A stretch of DNA of 63,710 nt, filler included, from Lama guanicoe (taxonomy: Eukaryota): the NCBI GenBank assembly GCA_013239625.1. It is 205 parts of 205 records of this genome, joined end to end, with 100 filler letters (N's around TTAATTAATTAA, not from the genome) between each part and the next. Parts side by side here need not be neighbours in the genome. Positions count along the whole stretch, not along the records: positions 12,130 to 12,340 come from PNXV01036477.1; positions 12,441 to 12,651 come from PNXV01036478.1; positions 12,752 to 12,962 come from PNXV01036479.1; positions 13,063 to 13,273 come from PNXV01036480.1; positions 13,374 to 13,584 come from PNXV01036481.1; positions 13,685 to 13,895 come from PNXV01036482.1; positions 13,996 to 14,206 come from PNXV01036483.1; positions 14,307 to 14,517 come from PNXV01036484.1; 197 more parts are not named here. One strand, given 5' to 3'. Under the pieces are notes generated by a model. The model ran no database searches, was not told the origin of the DNA, and saw only the letters and a list, made by a program, of their open reading frames with translations. Below are positions 12,301 to 23,225 of this stretch, piece by piece. The translations under genes were made by a program, and so were the position numbers. How positions within the stretch are numbered: the first letter of the stretch is position 1; each line of letters starts with the position of its first letter.

Positions 12301-13394
12301 GCCACCCAAATGAGTGTTTTCCCCCTTAAAATTTAAAAAANNNNNNNNNNNNNNNNNNNNNNNNNNNNNNNNNNNNNNNNNNNNTTAATTAATTAANNNN
12401 NNNNNNNNNNNNNNNNNNNNNNNNNNNNNNNNNNNNNNNNACAGGGGTGATTCTTCATTTGCTTCCCATGCTCCTTCCTCACAGGTGGTCACACCTGCAA
12501 CACGTTCACCCAGGACTGGCCACTTTTTTTGTTTTCACTGATTTCTTCGTAGGTGATGGGTATTCCTTTCCCAATTTCTCTTTCCCACTCATGGATCTGG
12601 TGTCTGTGTTTTGATTTGCTGAATTTTGAGTTCCAGGCTTAATGCTCAAAGNNNNNNNNNNNNNNNNNNNNNNNNNNNNNNNNNNNNNNNNNNNNTTAAT
12701 TAATTAANNNNNNNNNNNNNNNNNNNNNNNNNNNNNNNNNNNNNNNNNNNNAATTACTTTTTGTTAAGGATGCCAGGAGACTATAATGGGAGAAAGAATA
12801 GTTTCTTTTTTTCCCCACAAAAATGCGGAGAAAATGGCACATATAGAAAGCTTATTAACAATAGCCAGATGTGGAAGACATTCAAACATCAATCAACTGA
12901 TAAACTTAAATACAGGATAGAATGTTATTTAGTAATTAAAAGGCATAAAGTTCTGATACATGNNNNNNNNNNNNNNNNNNNNNNNNNNNNNNNNNNNNNN
13001 NNNNNNTTAATTAATTAANNNNNNNNNNNNNNNNNNNNNNNNNNNNNNNNNNNNNNNNNNNNTAATAATTTTCAAACTATGATTAACAATGAGAGCCTTG
13101 AATAGTAGAGCTAGAAGAGAATGTTTTTGACGTCTGTTTTGGGGAATTACTATTCAAATATGCACTTTCTCAGCAATTCTTGGCATCTAAGGATGCACCA
13201 TTAGCAATTAAGTTATCCAAATATCAGACAGCTCTAGCCATTTCAGTCTTCCAGGGACTTGTTTTAATTCTCTNNNNNNNNNNNNNNNNNNNNNNNNNNN
13301 NNNNNNNNNNNNNNNNNTTAATTAATTAANNNNNNNNNNNNNNNNNNNNNNNNNNNNNNNNNNNNNNNNNNNNAGTGACACCGAATACAGCCAG

Positions 13395-13584
13395 GTGAGG
13401 CGGGGAGGAATAAGTTAGGAGTTGGGGATTAACATGTGCACAATACTGTACATAAAAGAGATAAACAACAAAGACTTACTGTACAACACAGGGAACTACA
13501 TCCAATGTCTTATAATAACCTATAGTGGAAAAGAGTCCAAAAAATAATAGATGATAGATAGGTAGATAGATAAGATGAATGGAT
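13395..13584 (+). mobile_element. LINE-1 3' UTR followed by a (GATA)n-like microsatellite
   Basis: TTAGGAGTTGGGGATTAACA..GATAAACAACAAAGACTTACTGTACAACACAGGGAACTACATCCAAT..TAATAACCTATAGTGGAAAAGA, then AGATGATAGATAGGTAGATAGAT. Confidence 0.88.
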
Positions 13585-14306
13585 NNNNNNNNNNNNNNNN
13601 NNNNNNNNNNNNNNNNNNNNNNNNNNNNTTAATTAATTAANNNNNNNNNNNNNNNNNNNNNNNNNNNNNNNNNNNNNNNNNNNNTCTGGCTGCTGCTCCC
13701 CTTTCCTGCCTCTGCTGCCACAGTGTTTGAATGCACACCCTCTACCCACTGTGTGATAGAGCTGACATGGGATGGATGCCAGAAATTCGGATGTGACTTT
13801 AAAGAGTCAATACTTGGCAGAAGTTTGTCAGACAACAGGGATCGCTGTTAGGAGGCCATCCTCAGACACACCTCTTGTCCGAGGCCCCAGGTCTCNNNNN
13901 NNNNNNNNNNNNNNNNNNNNNNNNNNNNNNNNNNNNNNNTTAATTAATTAANNNNNNNNNNNNNNNNNNNNNNNNNNNNNNNNNNNNNNNNNNNNGAGGA
14001 GGTCTGGGCTCAGGGAAGCAGAGGGGGCCGGGCACTGGGGGAGACGTGTGTCCCCCACCACTTTGGACCCACCCACTCACGCGGCTGCTTGCCACTCTCT
14101 GTGCGAGCCCTGGGGACAGCCAGATCTGTGACCATCTGAACACAAGACAACAGAGGCACCAGTGCCAACTGTTCCAGGTAAAGGAAGCTGCCACCTACCT
14201 TCTGAANNNNNNNNNNNNNNNNNNNNNNNNNNNNNNNNNNNNNNNNNNNNTTAATTAATTAANNNNNNNNNNNNNNNNNNNNNNNNNNNNNNNNNNNNNN
14301 NNNNNN

Positions 14307-14470
14307 CCAAATCACACACAGACACACACAAACACATAGACACACAAATACACAAACACAGAAACACCAACTGACACACAGACACACAAACACATATGGA
14401 CATACAAAGACACAAACACAAACGCACACACTCAAACACACACATACACATATGGACACACACACGCACA
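14307..14470. repeat. Degenerate (CA)n microsatellite
   Basis: CA-dominated dinucleotide array; source of the Cys/Val ORFs at 14251-14504. Confidence 0.95.
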
Positions 14471-15239
14471 GAGGTTCCTGTGCTGCCATCCCTGTAGAAG
14501 ACACAAGTACACTTCCTNNNNNNNNNNNNNNNNNNNNNNNNNNNNNNNNNNNNNNNNNNNNTTAATTAATTAANNNNNNNNNNNNNNNNNNNNNNNNNNN
14601 NNNNNNNNNNNNNNNNNCTCCTTCACGGGTACATGGATTTGATTTCTGAACAATTTAAATCAAAAATGTGAGCGGTTAACATGAAAATTATTGATGGCCC
14701 TAGAAATATTTTAAGAGCCTTATCAAAATGTAAGAGACTTTAATTTCATTCTGACAGAAATCTGCTGACTTATCTGAATCATTAAAAAACCAAATCTTTC
14801 CTTCCCCAGTACCTTCTCTAAAAATGAANNNNNNNNNNNNNNNNNNNNNNNNNNNNNNNNNNNNNNNNNNNNTTAATTAATTAANNNNNNNNNNNNNNNN
14901 NNNNNNNNNNNNNNNNNNNNNNNNNNNNGACAATACACCAAAATGAGTGCATTTATTTCTGCATGTAAATTTTTAAAAAGTTTTAAAACTGCTTAAACAA
15001 AAAAACCCCATGGTCGTTAGGATCAAACACACCCAGGTCCTCACTCTAATACTTCCCTGTCCCTCTGCTATAACCTTGGTTGAGATGAACGAAGAGAAAG
15101 AGAAATTTCTCTCTCTGGTCTCTGTTTCCAACTCAAAAGNNNNNNNNNNNNNNNNNNNNNNNNNNNNNNNNNNNNNNNNNNNNTTAATTAATTAANNNNN
15201 NNNNNNNNNNNNNNNNNNNNNNNNNNNNNNNNNNNNNNN

Positions 15240-15450
15240 CCACATAGGATGAGTAACAGCTATTAGAATGTATAATCCAAACCTGACAATCTTAAACATG
15301 CTAATTTACATCATCATAACACTATCTTCTTACTGTTTATGCCCAGCTCATGGACCACAACACTATCGTTAACACACATGAAGTCAAACACCTCTTCACA
15401 ATCCTTATCCCCACCATCATATTACATTAGGAGGTTTCCCACCACTATCA
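15240..15450 (+). pseudogene. ND2: Nuclear mitochondrial insertion (NUMT) derived from ND2, degraded
   Basis: In the vertebrate mitochondrial code: HMGWVTAI*MYNPNLTILNMLIYIIMTL / FLLFMPSSWTTTLSLTH / LGGFPPLS, matching ND2 motifs HMGWM..YNP..LNL.IYI.MT..TTTLSLS..GGLPPLSGF. There is an in-frame AGA stop at 15265-15267 and frameshifts. The strand is G-poor, like the mtDNA L-strand. Confidence 0.93.
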
Positions 15451-16294
15451 NNNNNNNNNNNNNNNNNNNNNNNNNNNNNNNNNNNNNNNNNNNNTTAATT
15501 AATTAANNNNNNNNNNNNNNNNNNNNNNNNNNNNNNNNNNNNNNNNNNNNCCGACTTGCCCTAGTTTTGGCATATCTCTTTTGGACCCTATCTTGCCTGG
15601 GGCCCCTCCCTGGCTTCTATTGTTGTTAGTTTTTCTTTGTTTGTTTTACCCCATTTCCTTCCCTGCAGCCTCATCTCTCTTCCTAGCCCTCCTCCAGCAT
15701 TCTGCATGGAATGGTGCAGGCTGAGTGCCTGGGGTGAAGTCACCGAACAGAGCTGAAGAATNNNNNNNNNNNNNNNNNNNNNNNNNNNNNNNNNNNNNNN
15801 NNNNNTTAATTAATTAANNNNNNNNNNNNNNNNNNNNNNNNNNNNNNNNNNNNNNNNNNNNCGCAGGCGCTTCCGGAGGTGACCTGGGAAGAAAGGCTCC
15901 TGCCCCCCCGCGGAATCTTCTCCCAGAGAGCCCCTCCCCCCTGAAGCTCTGGTCCAGGCTCCCCTGAGGCATCTTCCTCCTGGAGGGTGACACCCCAGCT
16001 CCCCTCATCTGCAGGCCTGGCCAGGGTCTGTGTCCTGGTGGCCCAGCTGACAGCGGCAGAGAGGGACTCCCCNNNNNNNNNNNNNNNNNNNNNNNNNNNN
16101 NNNNNNNNNNNNNNNNTTAATTAATTAANNNNNNNNNNNNNNNNNNNNNNNNNNNNNNNNNNNNNNNNNNNNAACCACTGATTTGTATACGTGTATCAAC
16201 CATTGATGATTTTATTCCACTGGCTTCTGTTTTCTTCGTTACTTCCTGTTACTACTGAGAATGCAGCTGTTGTCTAGTTGCCACTACTTTGTGT

Positions 16295-16383
16295 GTTTTT
16301 TTTTTAAATTTTTTATTGAAGTATAGTTAATGCGCAATATTATATAAGTTTCAGGCATACAATATAGTGATTCACAATTTTAA
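16295..16383 (-). mobile_element. LINE-1 3' terminus, antisense, with poly(T)
   Basis: TTTTTTTTAAATTTTTTATTGAAGTATAGTT..CAATATTATATAAGTTTCAGG..TACAATATAGTGATTCACAATTTT. Confidence 0.85.
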
Positions 16384-16794
16384 NNNNNNNNNNNNNNNNN
16401 NNNNNNNNNNNNNNNNNNNNNNNNNNNTTAATTAATTAANNNNNNNNNNNNNNNNNNNNNNNNNNNNNNNNNNNNNNNNNNNNTGAACACCTGGGGTGAG
16501 GCAGACATCAAGGAAGAGCCTAGCCCACCCCTACTTCCCACCCACCCACTGCACACCTCACTGCCCTTCACATCCAACATGGCTTTGACCCAATCCAAGG
16601 CTTTAGCTCTTCTGACCAAATTCTGTCCCACAATACCTCATCACCATCTCCGCCACCTGTAAGGGAAGGGATGGAGCCTTCTGGAGCTACCAGCNNNNNN
16701 NNNNNNNNNNNNNNNNNNNNNNNNNNNNNNNNNNNNNNTTAATTAATTAANNNNNNNNNNNNNNNNNNNNNNNNNNNNNNNNNNNNNNNNNNNN

Positions 16795-16865
16795 GGGTCC
16801 TGGGTTCAAGCGCCAGGGCCTCCACTAACAGATAAATACACCTTATTACCTACCCCCCAAAAGAG
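16795..16865 (+). mobile_element. Vic-1-like SINE, 3' half (B box and tail)
   Basis: GGTCCTGGGTTCAAGCGCCAGGGCCTCCA..ATAAATACACCTTATTACCTACCCCCCAAAA parallels the full copy at 26178. Confidence 0.7.
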
Positions 16866-17105
16866 CCCCAAAGTAAAGGAAAAGAGAAATTTCTTTCCTA
16901 AAAAAAACTGATATTAAATATAGATTAAATACTTCAAAAAAAAAAGAAATATAGTAAAAGATGATTGACACAAGCGATAATGGCCGTGATATAAATCTGC
17001 AGTGGNNNNNNNNNNNNNNNNNNNNNNNNNNNNNNNNNNNNNNNNNNNNTTAATTAATTAANNNNNNNNNNNNNNNNNNNNNNNNNNNNNNNNNNNNNNN
17101 NNNNN

Positions 17106-17316
17106 ATGTCCAAGTGAGGTCAGGCCCAGGAGTGTGCAGGCCCAGGAGAGGGCCAAACGAATTAGGGGCACTCTCAGGAGTGGGAGGTCCAGGAGAGGGC
17201 AGGCCAAGGATTGGGCAGGCCAAGGATTATGCAGGCTCAAGAGTGTGCAGGCTCAGAAGTGTACAGACCCATTAGTGTGCATACACAGGAGGGTTTACGC
17301 CCAGGAGAGGGTAGGC
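17106..17316. repeat. Degenerate 16-bp minisatellite, consensus approximately CAGGCCCAGGAGWGKG, about 13 units
   Basis: From 17121: caggcccaggagtgtg|caggcccaggagaggg|ccaaacgaattagggg|cactctcaggagtggg|aggtccaggagaggg|caggccaaggattggg|caggccaaggattatg|caggctcaagagtgtg|caggctcagaagtgta|cagacccattagtgtg|catacacaggagggtt|tacgcccaggagaggg. Confidence 0.85.
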
Positions 17317-18038
17317 NNNNNNNNNNNNNNNNNNNNNNNNNNNNNNNNNNNNNNNNNNNNTTAATTAATTAANNNNNNNNNNNNNNNNNNNNNNNNNNNN
17401 NNNNNNNNNNNNNNNNATTATCATAATTGCATGCTAAACATTTATTTGTGGAGCTGTCATAAATTTCTCTGTAAATTGTAGGCATTACGATTTAGTCAAG
17501 AAGCCCACTATACATAGAAAAGTGAAAAAAAGTAAGATTTATATTTTTTAACAGATTTAGGCTAGCTGTGAAGGTCTCTTTATTTTTCCAAGAAACAAAT
17601 ATTTAGAAATGGAAAGGCTCTCTAACCNNNNNNNNNNNNNNNNNNNNNNNNNNNNNNNNNNNNNNNNNNNNTTAATTAATTAANNNNNNNNNNNNNNNNN
17701 NNNNNNNNNNNNNNNNNNNNNNNNNNNCATTTGGCATGTTAAATACATGGTATTGTCAAATGAATAATAAATCTTCAAAGGTTATATTGTATGAGAAAAC
17801 ATTATTAACATAGATATTCTACATATTATATGGACTCCCTAAAATTATGGCATATCTAAAATGTTACCAGTCATATTTCTGGTTATAGTATGCAGGTTAA
17901 TTTATTGATTTTAGTGTAATGGTGTTGAACCATGCTTTNNNNNNNNNNNNNNNNNNNNNNNNNNNNNNNNNNNNNNNNNNNNTTAATTAATTAANNNNNN
18001 NNNNNNNNNNNNNNNNNNNNNNNNNNNNNNNNNNNNNN

Positions 18039-18249
18039 CACTGGAGTGAGAATGATGAATCATACCGTGACTCTATTTTTAGTTTTGGAAGGGACCTCTA
18101 TACTGTCTTCCATAACGGTTGCACCAAATTACATTCCTACCAGCAGTGTAGGAGGGTTCCCTTTTCCCCACACCATCTCTATCACTTATTGTTTGTAGAT
18201 TTTTTAATAATGTCCAGCCTGACTGGTGTGAGGTGATACCTCACTGTAG
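18039..18249 (-). mobile_element. LINE-1 ORF2 C-terminal region, antisense
   Basis: GGTTGCACCAAATTACATTCCTACCAGCAGTGTAGGAGGGTTCCCTTTTCCCCACACC..CTGACTGGTGTGAGGTGATACCTCA. Confidence 0.93.
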
Positions 18250-19593
18250 NNNNNNNNNNNNNNNNNNNNNNNNNNNNNNNNNNNNNNNNNNNNTTAATTA
18301 ATTAANNNNNNNNNNNNNNNNNNNNNNNNNNNNNNNNNNNNNNNNNNNNTCAAAACCACAACGAAGAGCAAATTTAAAGGGACATGTACAGTACGACCTG
18401 GTTCATGTAAACTTAACGCACAGACAATACAATTTCTGGTTTATGATATATGCGTATATGATACAACGTAAAAGTACCGATGGGGAGGATGCATGTCAAC
18501 AACCGCCCCCAAGAGAGCGAGAAGGAGGAAACCAGAGTCAGAAAGGCGGAGGTCACAGAANNNNNNNNNNNNNNNNNNNNNNNNNNNNNNNNNNNNNNNN
18601 NNNNTTAATTAATTAANNNNNNNNNNNNNNNNNNNNNNNNNNNNNNNNNNNNNNNNNNNNAAAAAGGTGTTTGCACTCCAGTTTTGGTTTGTACTGTTTT
18701 CTTCCCTGTAGCATTTTCTTGATCATTTAAGGGCATTATGTTAGGCTTGTTTTGAAGCTTTTTCAGTTGAGGATGCTATATAAAAATAGACTTGCTTGAG
18801 TCCTCCATAACTAACAATAAGTATGCAGGAGTAGTTTCTGTAGACACCATTGCAAGTTATTTATTTGTGGTNNNNNNNNNNNNNNNNNNNNNNNNNNNNN
18901 NNNNNNNNNNNNNNNTTAATTAATTAANNNNNNNNNNNNNNNNNNNNNNNNNNNNNNNNNNNNNNNNNNNNACAGAACACGATCTCATCTCCCTTTAAAC
19001 AGTCTGCCTCCCCGTTCACAATGTGGAGGACCCTGTACAATGACCTCGAGAACTCCACTGGGGTTCTGCTTCCACCAGCAGGTCCTCCAACTCTCCCTTC
19101 TTCCCATCTTTGCCTGGACTCCCCACAAGGCCTCTGCGAACGGCCCTGCACACAGAAGTCATAATCACAAGTGGCATGAGCTNNNNNNNNNNNNNNNNNN
19201 NNNNNNNNNNNNNNNNNNNNNNNNNNTTAATTAATTAANNNNNNNNNNNNNNNNNNNNNNNNNNNNNNNNNNNNNNNNNNNNACCATTTGCTTTGAAGCT
19301 GATTTATTTTTAGAAATGTATGGCATTCCTGCATGTGCTCTCCAAAGCATATCTAGCTGGGGTTTTTCTTAGCTGTGGACAAAGGTATCCAATGGTAATT
19401 TTTCAGGACTTGCCCAGAAAGGGGAACGACCTCGCGCCGGGACTGAATCCTTCTGCGCCAGGTGGGGTGGGGAGCGCTCTCGCCCATAGGTTCNNNNNNN
19501 NNNNNNNNNNNNNNNNNNNNNNNNNNNNNNNNNNNNNTTAATTAATTAANNNNNNNNNNNNNNNNNNNNNNNNNNNNNNNNNNNNNNNNNNNN

Positions 19594-19804
19594 CTTTATC
19601 CAGTCATCTGTCAGTGGACATTTAGGTTGTTTCCGTGTCTTGCTATTTTAAATAGTGCTGCTGTGAACATTGGGGTGAAGGTGTCTTTTTGAATTACGGA
19701 TCCTTCTGGATATATGCCAAGGAAAGGGATTGCTGGGTCATTTGGGAAGTCAATTATTTGTCTTTTGAGGAACCTCTATACAGTTTTCCACAATGGCTCC
19801 ACCA
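19594..19804 (-). mobile_element. LINE-1 ORF2 C-terminal region, antisense
   Basis: CTTTATCCAGTCATCTGTCAGTGGACATTTAGGTTGTTTCC..AATAGTGCTGCTGTGAACATTGGGGTG..GGGATTGCTGGGTCAT. Confidence 0.93.
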
Positions 19805-20526
19805 NNNNNNNNNNNNNNNNNNNNNNNNNNNNNNNNNNNNNNNNNNNNTTAATTAATTAANNNNNNNNNNNNNNNNNNNNNNNNNNNNNNNNNNNNNNNN
19901 NNNNCAGTGACTGCATTCTACACGATGACCTAGGCACACAGGTTCCTCTGCCCATGGCCTGCTTCTGCATCGTATTACGTCCTTTATGGGTTTTTATTAC
20001 CGCTTTCTGCCCACACTGCTTCTTTAGCCTTGTTTATCTCAGTAACTGGTATCACTGTCCATCGAGGTGCACAAGCCCACATCTATGACTTACCCGCTCT
20101 GTCCCCACTCCTCAGNNNNNNNNNNNNNNNNNNNNNNNNNNNNNNNNNNNNNNNNNNNNTTAATTAATTAANNNNNNNNNNNNNNNNNNNNNNNNNNNNN
20201 NNNNNNNNNNNNNNNATTGATTTGTAGCTTAATATCTGGAGGGCAGTCCTTTGTAGTTTATTCCCTATTCTGTTCATAAACTCACAACTGCTCATATGAT
20301 ACCAAAGGCAACATCATGGAAAACCAAGAGTTTTCTATCAGTGGTTCTTTCGTTTCAAAGGAAGAGACTACATCCTGGTCTTGATGTAGCAAGGGTCTGC
20401 CAATTTTTATGTTCTTTGATAAGGGCNNNNNNNNNNNNNNNNNNNNNNNNNNNNNNNNNNNNNNNNNNNNTTAATTAATTAANNNNNNNNNNNNNNNNNN
20501 NNNNNNNNNNNNNNNNNNNNNNNNNN

Positions 20527-20737
20527 CCAGAAACTAACACACCATTGTAAATCAACTATACTTTAATAAAAAAAAATAGTTGCAATAAAGAGTCTGACTC
20601 CATTTTTGATGTTTGCGGACATGAAACCCCATGAATCCCTCCCCCATTTCTGCCCCACGTCTGTGCAACCTGATGAGAAAAGCCCCCGGTGTCCCTTCTT
20701 TGGCAGCAGCGTTAAGTTCAAACTACAGAAGATGCTG
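20527..20737 (+). mobile_element. L1 3' tail (20527-20578) abutting the 5' part of an ERV-type LTR
   Basis: CCAGAAACTAACACACCATTGTAAATCAACTATACTTTAATAAAAAAAAA, then AGAGTCTGACTCCATTTTTGATGTTTG, an LTR-like 5' motif. Confidence 0.65.
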
Positions 20738-21459
20738 NNNNNNNNNNNNNNNNNNNNNNNNNNNNNNNNNNNNNNNNNNNNTTAATTAATTAANNNNNNN
20801 NNNNNNNNNNNNNNNNNNNNNNNNNNNNNNNNNNNNNGTAAATAGCTTTCTTTTTGCTCAGGATTGAAGAAAATCCTTGATGATTGCCGTTAGCTCAGAC
20901 TGAGGCAAAGGTCTAAAAATCTACCTACCAGAGTTTACCTTTGGGTTTTGGCAATCTTCTTAAAGAAAATTGTGGTTTGAGTACAGAATCAGAGATGGAA
21001 GATGATTAGAAATGGGGAAAGTCAGGGGGGAAGGGATGAGAATTTGGANNNNNNNNNNNNNNNNNNNNNNNNNNNNNNNNNNNNNNNNNNNNTTAATTAA
21101 TTAANNNNNNNNNNNNNNNNNNNNNNNNNNNNNNNNNNNNNNNNNNNNGATGAAGGGGGTGCAGGGCCTGCCTCCTCCAGCCCCACCAAAGCCAGAACCT
21201 TGGGGGCCCCCAGCCCCAAATGTGGGCCCTCAGTCAGGTACTTACGTGCCCACTGCAGCTGAACACAAAGGTAACAGGGGGTTAGGGCAGCCACTGTCCC
21301 CCCAATCAGTCCTTTTCCCTCAAGGGGGTTACTGGTCTTTCACCCTCAACAGCCATCGANNNNNNNNNNNNNNNNNNNNNNNNNNNNNNNNNNNNNNNNN
21401 NNNTTAATTAATTAANNNNNNNNNNNNNNNNNNNNNNNNNNNNNNNNNNNNNNNNNNNN

Positions 21460-21670
21460 TGCTGACAGAAGGAGAAATCCTCACCGTTAGCGCAACCTGA
21501 GCAGAAACCGACCCCACATGACCTAGACACACAGCCTGATCTTCCATCCCTTAGCACGGACTGAGCGCTAAGTTCTCCCATCACTGAACAATCTTAGTTC
21601 CTTGCAGGCCTGGGAGGTGGGGAAGTAGGGAGGGGCACACATGCAGGGAGCTGAGGCAGGAGTGAATTTC
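21460..21670 (+). repeat. Near-identical copy A of the contig at 22082-22292
   Basis: Same start and end; 6 substitutions at 21509, 21525, 21557, 21560, 21589 and 21621. Confidence 0.97.
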
Positions 21671-22081
21671 NNNNNNNNNNNNNNNNNNNNNNNNNNNNNN
21701 NNNNNNNNNNNNNNTTAATTAATTAANNNNNNNNNNNNNNNNNNNNNNNNNNNNNNNNNNNNNNNNNNNNCCGGGACTGGGGAAGGGCGGCTTCGAATAG
21801 AAGCCTAGGGACAGTAGGCTTAGGTTTAAAGTAGGGAATTGGAGGCTGGGGCTGGGACGCAACTCTCAGATGGGAACCCCAGACGGGAGAGGGAAGAAAA
21901 CTGATGGCCAGATGCAGACACAGGAGACAGAGGAACTAAGGTTGGAGCTGCCCAGAGAGGCCCTGAAGAGAACAGAGACGCNNNNNNNNNNNNNNNNNNN
22001 NNNNNNNNNNNNNNNNNNNNNNNNNTTAATTAATTAANNNNNNNNNNNNNNNNNNNNNNNNNNNNNNNNNNNNNNNNNNNN

Positions 22082-22292
22082 TGCTGACAGAAGGAGAAAT
22101 CCTCACCGTTAGCGCAACCTGAGCAGAAACTGACCCCACATGACCTGGACACACAGCCTGATCTTCCATCCCTTAGCATGGCCTGAGCGCTAAGTTCTCC
22201 CATCACTGAAAAATCTTAGTTCCTTGCAGGCCTGGGAGGTGGAGAAGTAGGGAGGGGCACACATGCAGGGAGCTGAGGCAGGAGTGAATTTC
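22082..22292 (+). repeat. Near-identical copy B of the contig at 21460-21670
   Basis: 205/211 identity by manual comparison. Confidence 0.97.
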
Positions 22293-23014
22293 NNNNNNNN
22301 NNNNNNNNNNNNNNNNNNNNNNNNNNNNNNNNNNNNTTAATTAATTAANNNNNNNNNNNNNNNNNNNNNNNNNNNNNNNNNNNNNNNNNNNNACGCGCTG
22401 ACACCACCCCACGGCCTGAAACCATTCTAATGGGAAAACAGAGCTGAGCAGCACACAGGTGGGTGCTTCCAGGTTGTCAGCCCGGTCCTCCGGAGCCGCC
22501 CCACGATGGACCCCTCTCAAGGGCCACCCCTGCAAGGGCCCCATAGCTCCAGCCGCATTTCCCCGAGTGGCTTAGAGCTCCTCACCCTCCAGGCTGGGCC
22601 TGGNNNNNNNNNNNNNNNNNNNNNNNNNNNNNNNNNNNNNNNNNNNNTTAATTAATTAANNNNNNNNNNNNNNNNNNNNNNNNNNNNNNNNNNNNNNNNN
22701 NNNACAGTTTGCCCCTCCTGTCCCTTCTAAAGAGAGATGAGTTCCTCCCTGAAGTTGTTCATCTCTATTGACCTCTTTTAAAAATGCAGAGAGAACACTA
22801 GGGATTCGGAGTCTGAGACAAGTTGCTATTTTGGGGAGGAGAGAGGATATCAGGAAATAGATGACGGTGAATGCTATGGATTTCTTCAACCAGAATAGCA
22901 CAGAATTTTGTTCCNNNNNNNNNNNNNNNNNNNNNNNNNNNNNNNNNNNNNNNNNNNNTTAATTAATTAANNNNNNNNNNNNNNNNNNNNNNNNNNNNNN
23001 NNNNNNNNNNNNNN

Positions 23015-23225
23015 GGCGCGGGGCAAGCGGGGTCGGCGGGCCGGCGCCCCTTACCTTCGTACACGGGGGCCATCGGGGCCGGGGTGTCCGCGATTCATGG
23101 CAACGGAGAAGGGAACGCGGCGCGCGAGCTCGGCCCCCCCAGCCTCAGTCGGAATCTGCCATCTTGAGCCTGTGTCTCCGCTCTCGGCGCAGCCGGGGCC
23201 GCCAGCGCCCGCATCACCGCCTCAC
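23015..23225 (-). promoter_or_regulatory. HIPK2: CpG island covering the HIPK2 5' UTR, exon 1 and start of intron 1
   Basis: Very high GC and CpG density. YY1-like AAGATGGC on the minus strand near 23158-23165. Three upstream ATGs at 23214, 23162 and 23098. Confidence 0.85.
23055..23073 (-). CDS. HIPK2: HIPK2 first coding exon (19 nt, MAPVYE-G, phase 1)
   Basis: Minus strand reads ATGGCCCCCGTGTACGAAG|GTAAGG. MAPVYEG is the HIPK2 N-terminus as recalled (MAPVYEGMASHVQVF...). Canonical donor, CpG-island context. Confidence 0.88.

Noticed and set aside
14251..14504. Cys/Val-rich ORFs resembling metallothionein or keratin-associated proteins
   Set aside because: They are translations of a (TG)n microsatellite.
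15240..15450. Genuine mitochondrial genome contig
   Set aside because: An in-frame AGA stop and frameshifts are incompatible with a functional ND2.
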